A DNA stretch of 64,000 nucleotides from the NCBI GenBank assembly GCA_046563655.1, contig CM102286.1:5766001-5830000 (forward strand), read 5' to 3'. This DNA comes from Yuukianura sp. NJ FZ-2021. Its lineage: Eukaryota. Below, piece after piece: positions 11,501 through 27,400 of this stretch (position 1 is the first letter of the stretch; every line of letters starts with the position of its first letter). The notes beneath the pieces are model-generated. The model searched no databases, was not told where the DNA came from, and saw only the letters and a program-made list of their open reading frames with translations. A program made the position numbers and the translations under genes.

Positions 11501-13809
11501 CCAAATCTGGTTAATTAACAGCTACTTGATAATTAATTGGTGTAAATGAGTATGACGCAGCGGAGTTTGCGTACTCAACTAATTATAAACAGTTGCTACG
11601 AAAATTCATTGGTATTTTTATGATCTAAATTTTTCTAAAACCGATCCATAGGGTACGGAGTTCATGCGTCATCTCGAGCGTTAGGTTAATCTTACAAACA
11701 AGAGACTTGTAGTCTAGCCAAGGGTCTCTCTGTGCCTTAAGGGCCCACTACAAATGAATTTTCAATTTTGAAATTTACTACGAAGTGGTGTACACTTTCA
11801 GGTACTAAAAACATCTAACTTGGACTTTTCAGGAAATGCAGAAGAGGAGCACAGTTAGACTAGATCTTGTGTACCTCATCTGTGTGACAAAGGAAGATTC
11901 CCCATGATGCCAAAGCGAGAACCATTAAACTATCCCTGTGTTAAAGTTCTCATCCCAGCTACTACACAAGAGTACTCTTCAACTGCATCTTTAACCTGCA
12001 AAAAAGTGGCAGGAGATGAAGAACCCTACCATCCCAGTCCACCACCAACACCATCATCATCAGCATCCGACGAAGTAACTAAACACTCCATCCCCATTCT
12101 TGTACACAGAACATCTCACCATCCCAGCAAGCATCTAGCAACCATTGTATTGTTAGGTTAACCTAACCAACCTAAACCCAAAGGAACCCATCGCATCTCT
12201 CGGGATGGAGATCTGACTCATTCTTGCTATGCCTCCACTAACTCTGGCGCTGCTTCTGGCCCCATATCAACGTTATTCCACCAACCACCAACTTTAACCC
12301 AGGGCATTTCAGTTTCGTTTACCGGGAATTATTTTTTTCGTTGTACAAGTTTATTCACTTGTGTGAGAAATCTTCTTGTTCGTATAGTCTTCAACAGGAG
12401 TCCCATCGCATCGTCATCCCAGGCAGCCAAAGCAGTTTTTGATACTTCCATCACTTTGCCAAATCCATTCAGATTCTGAGAGGGGAAGTGTGTGGTTATT
12501 ACTAAAAAGTGAAGCAACAGTTGCAGTTTTAGTCAATCACTAATGTAAGAAAGTCAACAGAGGGTTTTTGAAAAACTGAACCAGTACTAGTATTTACCAA
12601 GAAAATCAACCGCAAAACAATAGACAATCTCAACTGCTTAGTTGTTGCTGCTAAAAGTGAATCACACTGACCAATCTTCAATCAAAGCAACTTTTTTGGG
12701 TGCACTTTTGGTGGTTTGGATTAGCCAGAATTGAGCCGATCGAGTGGGTTAAGCCCAGTGAGTTCCAAAGAATAATAGCCTCAACTCCAGAGCAAATTTG
12801 CAAAAGAAGTTTCTGCCCAAGGACAATCAGTCCCCATGCGCTTAGACTTGTGGAGTACTACTTAGGCTATAGGTTCTATGTTTCGACCGCCGAATTCTTC
12901 CGATACCAGTTTCATTCATTCATTTGTGTGGAATTCATAGGAAATCACCAGCCTACGCAATTTCAAAGGAGAAGAAGCTCTTATAGCCTCCCCACTTTGG
13001 GGCCCGACACTTACAAAAACTTAGTAAGAGCAACAGCTAAGCTAAGCTTAAGCCAAAAGGAAGCCGAATCCCACATCCATTCATGATCATGAGTCAATTC
13101 TTACTAGCCTCTCAATGAGAATTGTGTTATTAACCTTCTTTGAGGGAACAACGGCAAATTAATTACAAGTAAATACAAGGATTTGGCTCCCTGGAGAAGT
13201 TACTGCCAAATTTCGGTTAAGGAAGTGCCTCACCGTTGCGTCTGGAGGGGAACTGACGATGAAAGGAGTTAACTGAGAAGTCAGTCAGTTAAGTGTCAGC
13301 TCTCAAGTTAGCTAATCGTCAGTTATACTGTTGCAACTGACACGGATGGATCCTATTATTTCCCAAATTGCAATCATTCACTATATTGTTTTGAGTGTTA
13401 TTCATTGAAACACTGCTCCTGGGGAACGGCGAAATCAGGAGACCGTTTTTTAAGCCTGCCCAGTGATCATAAGTGCAAGTCAGTTGAACTAACTATTCTT
13501 TATCATCTCTATTTCATTTCTATCATTCAGAACGGGCTGATAATTCCGTATTTATTTTTATATCCAGCTTTTTAGTTTATGGACAACTGAAACGAAGACA
13601 GACATCTTTGGTTAAGCTTAAGAAAATCCTCTAAAACAAGCCATTGACTGGGACACAACTCAGAAGACGGGGTTAAACGGAGATTGTGACGACTGGAGTT
13701 CAAGTAAACTTACAAATGATAAGGAACCAAGGAAATTGGTGGCTGCCTAAACTAAAGTTCAGTTAAAATTATAATTAAGAAGACCAACGAAGTATAATCT
13801 TTAATCATC

Positions 13810-16800
13810 ATGACGACCATGATGGATTGGGAAGAGACAAGTCCAAGTCCTGGAGGTTCTGCGTCCGGATCCTCCCTCAACGGACACAGTGAAACAGAGG
13901 ACGAAGGAATCGTCAACAACTACCACCGATCCAACAATTTCGTTACAAGTCTCAATCTTAAGCTAAACAGCAAATCGTTAGTGTTTGGTAATAGTGATCG
14001 AAGTAAGCACAATCATTACAACTATTTTCCAACTAAAGAGAATTCCCTAATCCTCAATGATGGATTTAATGGTCTCAATCTAAATCCTTCACCTCCTGCT
14101 CCAGCAGTGGGCCAGGACCTGTCCATTTCCTCGTCCGCAAGTACAATCAACTTCCCCCTCCCACTGCCCAGAAGTCCCCTGACATCGTCCTCCCCCAAGG
14201 CAGCAGTAGGTCAGTCTCAGTCAGTCTCAGCATCTCAAGGTTCTTTATCATCATCCACCGCTGCTAGCACGAAGAAGCACAAACCTATTCCTCCTCCGCT
14301 TGATCTCAGTCTCGGTGCTTCAACACTAAATTCAACACCGTCGTCATCAACTGACTCCGCAACGTTTCAGTACTCCGGCACTTTCTACTCGCCCTACTAT
14401 TTAGGATCGCCCAAATTCAATCAGGCTGAGAAGTCTCTACCACTTCGAAAACGGTAAGTGATCGACTTTAATGTTAATTATACGCTAATTCAGTTTTAAG
14501 TTGCCGATCATGCTTATCTTTGCTAAAGTCGTCATAAAGTGTCCCCGGACAATTCTGTACGGACACAATTTTGTACCGGTAACTCGTTATTGCAAAGCTA
14601 TGTGTTCTGTTTTACTATTTGTTGCGAGTGACATGACCTCTAATGTAAATAGCCTCAAACGTTTTATGGCTCAATGAGTAAGTCATTTTTGTCATCTGAC
14701 CTATGACCCAGTGACCACTCCTGAGGTGTAAACTCAGGTTAAGGCCTCACCTCTCAATTTGCCGACTTTTTCTAAAAGTGGTCGCAGGAATATTTTTCGT
14801 AAAAGTCAATTGACGGTCGCTTTTGTCCGAAATTCCATGCATATTTTAGTGAATCTTGGAAATAGTTCTGGCCTTGAGATAAGCGCTTCTTCAAAGCTTA
14901 AAGTAAACTTCGTGGTTGCTTTCAACTTGAGTTCCATTTTCTGCAAGGCTCCAAGTTCTGTTACAGAACCACCTGAGTGATATGCGTTTGTTAAGTTATT
15001 TCATTCATCATATTCAATCAACAAGAATTTTTGGCAGGATTCTTCCCCACTTATCACATGGAACAAAAATTGCCACGCGCCGGACGAACGCATCTACGCA
15101 TCTTAATTGATTTTAAAATGGCTTAATTTTTCAAAAAGTATTCTGTAATAACTTTTCAATACAATTTCAATATACGTTGTATAACTTTCGGCTTCCTCCA
15201 GAATTTTGGCGTAGAGGTTCGACACATTTTAGAAGGTTAAAAAAACACGGTGTATCTTTAGGGTCACAGAATCCACTTTTTTTTTTAAATCCAAATCCAA
15301 CTAGAGGGTCATTATCATAGTGAAATCTTGCGTGTTTTGATGCTCATCTTTTAATAGACTAAACTTTTATTTTCTAAAAACCGCCAAAGGCGCAACCAAC
15401 TGGACTGAACATTCACCTGCTTTTGTGTACCTACGGTTGTTATGAGTCATAGGACTTTGATCAGCGAACTGTAACAATGAACAACTAAAAAACTAACATA
15501 ACAGTCTGGTTTTCTCTCTTTCTGGTTTTTATTCAATTCCACACAGAGTTGGTTCATTAAAAGTAGGAATTGGTGGCACTAAAAGTTCCGGAAAACTAGA
15601 AAAGTTGATGAGCTGGAAGATGAAAGTTGTAAATGGTTTGATTTAAAGTTCGATTGTGCCTGAACCACCTCTTAATTAATGTGTTACTTTATGAATACAT
15701 CTTCTCTATGTTGTAGGTGGCATAGTTGGTCTCCAAAACTAATGAATTGCAACGAGGACTTGATCCCGCTGTACTCGGAGACGCCGACCGGCATTTCTTC
15801 AAATGGAAGTGCTGCACGGTCGTCAAAGGGCGGAGCGGATGGTGGTCCAGTATACGCGGGAAGCAAATCCAACGGAAGCCTTCAACCACCACCTTACTCA
15901 TCCATCGTGGGACGCGGTGGTCCAGGAAACGGGAAAAGCCCGCCACAGAGTGCTGGACTCCAGACTCCGACGCCATTTTATACACCAAATGAGCCATCTC
16001 CGCGCTTCATGAATTCGCCAGTGTTTAGCTACTCAACTCCCGACACAACTTTGTACCAAGGACCATACTCGCCAATTCGCACGACGACGTTGTACCCACC
16101 CGGAAGCCCATTTCTAAACTCGAATTTGAACACACCAACTTTTATAATTACTAACTTATCTCCTCCATCATCCTCTGCCACCAGCTCGTCTTCGTCTGCT
16201 TCAGCTCCAACTGTTGGTGTGGGAGCATCGTCCTCGGGGTCAACTACATCTTCATCTTCAAGCTCTACTTTATCGTCGTCAACCCAAAACAATCCTCCCG
16301 TCACCTCGGCGACGGAACGAAACATTACGACTACCGCTGGACAGAGCTCTCCTTTCCCAACGACAGTTATTAGCCCAGTATCATCTGCACAGACTTCAAA
16401 TCAGAGCTACGAAGAATCACAGTCTGACACGAATGGACATGGACTTGGTCCTCTTGCTTCATCGGCAGCTCCTAACTGGAACATCTTCCTTTCAGGCACC
16501 AAAGTGCGATTTATAAGTGAGTCAGGCCAGACAACTGGATGGTACTTGGTTGACTACCTTTCCCAATTGAGCGACCTTACATTGATACTTGGACTGTCTG
16601 TCAAAGGAGAATATGCTCCGCACGGTCTTTCCGTCAAACAGGTACATCCAAACTCTTATTCATGTTTGTATTGTGTAGAATTTATCAAATCTCAAGTGCG
16701 TTTGCAATATGGATTCCTTGTCACGCTTTTTTCTACGGAAACTTACAATAATTTTGGAATTTTGAATGCTAAAACGCCAGCCTAGTTCAAATCGGCACAT

Positions 16801-18456
16801 TTGAATTGGATTTTTTTTCCTTTGTCCGCGACATCGGCACTTGTTTTTGAATTATAAAAATTCCGATACTTGGAACAGATTCATGGAAATGATGGTAATT
16901 TGATTTTGTTGTTGAACAGTATGTGGTGACGTCGTCGGCACGCGAACGAGTTCAAATCACCTTCACCCCTGCCAATAACGAACAACTCCGCCATCCCAAC
17001 ATTGAAGCCGACTGTGAAGCTGGGCATCCCTTCATCGTGATGAAGAAAGGTAAAATTTTGAACGTTCTAAGCTTTCGTTTGTGTGACAACTTAAATCGAC
17101 ACATCCGGAACGATTTCGGTGGAGTAACTTATGTTGAATGACAAATCGACCAAACTTTTGGAGAAGAGCAATGCCAGCAAACCCCGAAATTCCGGATGTG
17201 ATGATGATGATTCAGAAGAAAAACTTTCTTCATCTATAAGTAAACTCAACCGAATAAACTAATGTACCCCGTTGTTTTCTTCTTTCACAGGCATTTGTGC
17301 TGTAAAACCGGAGGGATTTATTTCAGCTTACGGTAATCCATGTAGTAAACTCGAAGTTTTAGACGTTTGTGTGCGGTTGAATTTTGGAGCACAAGCCAAA
17401 CAAGCACATTACCACCATCATCAAAACATCCATTCATCGAATCTGTTCATGAGTAATAGTATGCCACCGAACCCGGTTTCGAACGGCCTTCGGAACGGCT
17501 TCGGCGGGAGTATGATGACCAACTCCAGTTCAATGTCAAGATCGATGATCCCGCCTCACATGTTTCATCCTATGGATGAAATCAAACCGAACTTTCCTGA
17601 ACTTCGGCACAGTTACCTAGGAGATGCTAAAGCGTCTCTAATGGAGGACATCAAGCCGTTCCCTCATCCCATGCCACCGCTACCAATGCCATCCGTGAAT
17701 CACCATTCACCTATCCAGCATCATCATCAACTTGACGTTCAAGTGAAACGTGAAACCTACTCACACATGGAGACGGACATGAGCCCACCAATCTATGATT
17801 CAGGACCAAAGAAACTGAAAACGAAGACAAAGAGCAAGAAGATGAAGGAATCCAATAATAACGGATGCCCATCTCCGTCTGGATCGTCAGGGGAACCCAA
17901 AGGCCGTCGACCTATGAATGCATTTCTTGTGTACGCCAAGGAGAAGCGACCTCTGCTCATTCAAATGTATCCAGGAAAAGACAATAGGTAAGTCAGAACC
18001 TGACATGACTTCCATTTTCTTTAATTATTTTCACATTATGAGCTCCAGAAAGAGCTCAATGGTGATAGAACACGAATTCTTTTTAATGACTTGCAAATGA
18101 CCGTGATGGCAATTTGAGATTTGTTGCTATTCTTTCATTTTTAAAGTGAAATTTGATATGTTTCCTGTTGTGTTCTCTCTAGAGTTTTTGATTTCATAGA
18201 CATGTGCGGATGAAATTGAGGCTAAAGGTTTTTGGTTTATATTTTTAGATCCATCAGCACACTCCTTGGAGATTCCTGGAAGAATTTGGATCCTGAGCAG
18301 AAGAACTACTACATCAAAACAGCCAAGGACAGTGCCGATGAACAGAAGAAATTACATCCAGACTGCTGGAAACGCAAGAGAACTCAGCAACAGGCGCAGC
18401 AACAATCAGGCTCTGCTCTTCCAATGAAGATGGAAGCGCTTACAAAAGTTATTTAA
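13810..18456 (+). CDS. HBP1: HMG box-containing protein 1 (AXH domain + C-terminal HMG box); exons 13810-14453, 15717-16641, 16920-17049, 17291-17987, 18249-18456
   Basis: HMG box RRPMNAFLVYAKEKRPLLIQMYPGKDNR|SISTLLGDSWK...ADEQKKLHPDCWKRKRT matches the HBP1-specific QMYPGKDNR and PDCWKRKRT signature. AXH-like segment (FLSGTKVRF...VQITFTP...IEADCEAGHPFIVMKKG...YGNPCSKLEVLDVC). All five exons join in frame via GT-AG. Confidence 0.9.
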
Positions 18457-18925
18457 GCTTACAAGTGACGAATCAGGTTTAGAAATTAAGCATCGTCATC
18501 AAGTTGTGAATTTATAGACTAATATTTAATAATGTAAAATCATCACAAGAGGGTGGAGAGACGACTGTCTGTTGACAATCACAACTTATATATGTTCACT
18601 TTCAAGAGTTTAATTTCTTAAGATATAAAAATGAACTATTTATGGAAGTAGTTTTAGTTTCGTAGATGATAGTTTTATTCTTTTATGATGATGACTGATG
18701 CCTATTGTGGCTAAGGATGACTGTTGAGTGCTCTGAATAATAAAACGCCCATCGTTGTTGTATAATTATCAATTGTGTTTACGTTTTAATTTGACTGAGT
18801 ATTGCTATTATTTTTAGTTTTTAATTCCACTTTATAATTTGGGATTCATGATCGCTGTTTTTTAATTGTTCTACAATTTTCTAACTACGGCAAATCGAAG
18901 TTATTGAATTCTAGGATATAATTGT

Positions 18926-22769
<3,844 letters not shown>

Positions 22770-24498
22770 GATGCAACAGTGTCAGTAGATTTGAAGTAAC
22801 TGGACTCGTTGCCTGACCTGGAGGAACTGGAAGAGAAGACTAAAACTTTATTCGCATATACACTCCCTGTATTCGGAGATAGCTTTGGTAAAGCCTAGAT
22901 ATTTCTTCAAGGTCTGAACAGCCCAAACCCACTAGCCTATTGACAGTAAGCACGGGGAGAGCCATGGACCAGAAGATGCTCAGAACCAGCAAATGTTCAA
23001 GTGTGTCATGCTCATGATTTTGGCATGGGCTTATAAGAAATCGCGATGAATTTAGCATAGCGTCGCCCAAAAATACAAAATGCACAGGACAAAGTCAAGT
23101 GAACCAGCGTCCGAACAAAGCTTCATTCATTTTGGATAGTAATTATTACCTGTCTAGTCTAAACACAAACAGTTCTTTGGAAAAGTTTGCAATTTCTGCT
23201 ATAAAATTCAGTTTCATTTTGACCAATGAAAATGAACTTTTTAACTTTCAAATGCAAATATTTATAGCTCCACTTCCCAATTGCCATTATTCTTTAGCAA
23301 TCATCGAGCCATAAATACTGTTATACTGTTTTATACGTACTTCCGTTAGTAACAAAACCGATGTATTATAATATTTTATTGCAAAAGATTCAAAAAACAG
23401 TGTAGATAACTAAAGTAAGTCAGTAACGCAATGCTCAAGACACAGCAGCAGCACCCAACATCGGCGTCTCTCAATGCACATACAAATTACAGCTTACTAC
23501 GCAAAAATCTTAACATAATTTAGGATAATTAAACATATTACAATCATGTTCACATACATTCAATTTAATCCATTCACGTACAAATAGAAAGTTCACAAAA
23601 AATTGTGACAGGAAACACAAAAGGAAACAAAATTACAAAAACTTACACCACAAAAAGAACGCGATTATTTTCGTTATTTAAGTTTAGTTAGGCATTTTGC
23701 ATGTATTAGTACTGTGCTATAGCACTTCTGTTTTAGAAAAGGAGCTGCTGGCGATAGCAGTTAGTAGTAAATAGCTGTGATAACAATTTAACGTTAGTTT
23801 CCCGTGACCATTTAAAGATCTATAACTTATTAGTTAGCCATCTCCATCTCAATCATCACACACACAAAAGCCATTAAATTCTTGCACATCATCACGCCTC
23901 CAATTGTATTAAATTGAAATTAACTGTGAAACGTGGAATTCCACCTATCACATTAAAACATTGCTCATGTTCTGGACAACAATTGAATAAAGAACAGCAA
24001 CACGAGAATTATGCTATTAATTGAAGATGAATTGATGTTGTGTAACCTTATTCGAGAAATTAGATTTGTCAACTGAACTAACACGTAAATACTGCACAAT
24101 ATTTTAGACGGCGCCTTAGGTCAAACGTTTCAAAGCAGAAAGACAACGTTCATTTTCATTACCCTACAATTTGCAGTGATGTTGTCACACCTTTTGATTG
24201 GAGATGGTACAACACTGAAGAAAGTTTATTAGCTAGTTGGTCTAAATAAATTATTTACAGAGAAGAGGGAGGAGGAGGAGGTTGTTCAGTGTACAGAAAC
24301 TTGTTTAATAATTCGAATCAATTGATTACTAAATGGTGCAGAGTGGGGAGACTTGTCTCATGATATCTACAAATGAAAAGAGGAAACAAATGGAGACCTT
24401 TGAAAATTTGGATTTGTGAACAGCAATCCTCACAGTTGACAGTATTAAATAAATGTTGTGGTGCTGATCGTCTGTAAAACTTGAAATTCGCGACGAGT

Positions 24499-27400
24499 TT
24501 ACTGAGCCTTTTCCTTCTTTCCGAAGGGCAGCGCGTCGTGCACCCTGAAAAACGCAAACTCATTAGCACAAATCAAGGAACAGAAAATATTTCTGAAAAA
24601 CTTAGACATACTTGACGTTGATCTCGGAGACTTTTGCACAAGCCAAATCCATGTACTGGTCGATGACTCTCTTATTCGCCTCGTACACTTTCGGGAGTCC
24701 AAAGAGGGCAATAAATGCTATAACACAAAATAAGAATTACATCATTACGAAGTGTTAAATGCAATTAAGCTCAATTCAATGTTCCAACACAAACTCACCA
24801 AGGATGAGAAGAGTGAGCCCGTTGAACCAAGAGCCAATGTACGTAAGGAAATACAAGAATGCACCAAACTTGGCCGAATCCACAAGATCTTCCACCAGAA
24901 ACAAATGGCGGAGTTGGAGCGCAATTTTATTCAGGCGAGCGATGACAGCGTTATAGATTTCCTGACTTTTGTCATTTTCCAAAGAGAGGTCTTGCTCCAA
25001 ATATTCCCTGAAAAATGGAAATAAAAATGAACATTAAGTTCTCCTCTACGATAACCCGGCTAATGATTATGTCTCATGCAAATTACTTGAAAGGATGTCC
25101 TTCATCTGTTTTTTGAATTGTATTAACAACGTTCTTGTAGACTCTGAATGCGAAAGTTCCGGAGAGGATCGCAAGAGATGTGTAGGCAACGACACTGATG
25201 AATGACAGGCAGGTCAATGCAATCAGAACGAGGAAGATTCCGCCAAAAACAACTCCAGACTTCTTGGGATCTCTCCAGTAGACCAATTCGCTTACTGCAA
25301 AAAAATTCAAAAACTGAGCTTCGAAAACTGTTTTTGATTAATTTAAACCGAATTTAGGCTACTTTTCTACGCTCCCTTCTCAAAATTACTCATACCAAGC
25401 CCTTCATCAGACTTGCGCTCTTCTGGCGCGTCTCCGGAAGACACTGACCCCTCACGATTCTTTCGACCCATATGGAACAACGGACTGGGACGAAGAATCC
25501 AACCAACAATCGCGCTCTCCCGCTCACTAATGATCACAAATCTTTAAAAACAAAACCTAAAACAATGCAACATGTGGAAGAGGCCTCTGAAGCGGATGCC
25601 AGAATTCCTAAAAACGGACTAAAAATTCAATATGGTTCCCGGTGCCAGGGGAAAAACAGTCTAGCCTTGCCAGAAAATAGAACTGTAGGATGTAGTGTAG
25701 TGATAAAATAAAAAGTTTCGAAGATGAGTTGGAGGAGATGTTCAACAGAGATTCAAGGCAGGTTAAAGTAAGGATGAATTTGAATCTGGTTTAAATCCAT
25801 ACGGCATCAACAACACGCCGTGTTTCAGTGTTTGGAGATGGAAAAGTGCAAAAGTACACGACGAGAAATGCAGAAAAATCTTCATGGCGAATCTCACCTT
25901 CACCATATAAGTTTCACTGAAGCCGTGTCTTGCATATCTTGTAAAATTTAATGTCTCTAGCCTGAAGCTAACTCGAAGGTAGTACAGTATAATTACCGGT
26001 AACGCCAGAAAAAAAAAACGCTACAATGGAAATTACATGATATAACAATGCCACGTTAAGAGGAACAGCAGCAACAGCATGGTAAGTGGAGGCACTCGGC
26101 AAACAAAAAATCAAAAAGCATCTCCAACTTGAAAACTTCAAAAACTTAGCATCCCGAGCGTATAACTTTGAAAATTCAAGAGGGCAAATGGACAAAGTCT
26201 GTTCGGCAGATACTAACTTTCATAAACATAAAGAACTTGAAGAATAATAGAATATAACTCTACAAAGTTTGTAGTTGCATCACATAAGACTCCGCCATCA
26301 TAAGCAAAAAAAATTAACAAATGATTAGTGGTTCTGGTTGGGTATTTTAACAGCACAAGTACTTGCACCTTGAAACATCTCTACAAGATAAACTTTACCA
26401 CAATCCACTTTTTAAAAAAACAATAGCTGAAAGCTGATGGATAGTGGAGTAGCACGAGAAAACTGCATGAGCATGATGGACTAAATAGGAAATTGATAAA
26501 CAAAATCACGCCTGTGGTAGGTCAACTGCACACTAACATTAAGCTAAAAAGTGGACTTTTACCAGCTTTGCGACACGACAAACAGTCATGACGAGACGAT
26601 GACGTTTTGAACACGACATCAGCTAAACCTTCGCTCTTTAGAATTATCTTATAAAGATCAAAACGCTAGGAAAACGTACCTCTTTCGCAAAAACACATTT
26701 CGAATTTCATTTGACGATGAAAACGAAGAAGTTAAAAAGTAAGACTTCGATGAGCACAAATTAAGTAATCACTGAATGCAGTTACTGCTTATAACCACGT
26801 AACATTCCTGTCAGCAACTAATGTCTTTCCCAAAGCTTTCACTTTCACTTCTTTATCTGACGAGTTTCTATGCCTTAAGTGCTGTCCAGAACACTTCCTG
26901 CCTCAGCTGGAGAAAGGAAACAACAAACAAAACAACTCCTTGCCTTTAGCTCCTCACTTTGTTTTGTTTGGAAATGTTGCAGTGAAAGCATTTCCACGTT
27001 TATCTTGAAACCCGACTGTAAACCTCGGAGAAACGCAAAAACAACACGCATTGGGTTCAAGAGGCGCTGTTTCTACTTTCTCCAGGGCAAAATTCGCAAG
27101 CTGAATTTGGGAAGTTGCTGTAAGTCTACTGGTTTCTAGGAGCATACAACACTTCGTTCTAACAACGATATCATGTTGTTCGGCTGTTCGATCGATACAG
27201 AGGAACTAGGCGTCGGAGTTCCCATTTTTCGACACTAGGTACACAGCAGGGCACTGGGCCTAGTAACTAACCAACTTTTTTCAGCTCCTGGCTTCTCTCC
27301 AGGAAATTCAGGCCACCAATGCCCTGCTTCGCTTAGAAAACAAAACCTCCGGCGCCTGCTCTAGCGCACCGAATAACCCCGACTTACATTTTCCCGCCTT

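Noticed and set aside
18672..18746. C/D-box snoRNA-like pattern (ATGATGA...CTGA with terminal stem)
   Set aside because: The C-to-D span is only ~50 nt and lies in 3'UTR sequence; the 'stem' is explained by two opposed AATAAA signals. No guide target recognised.
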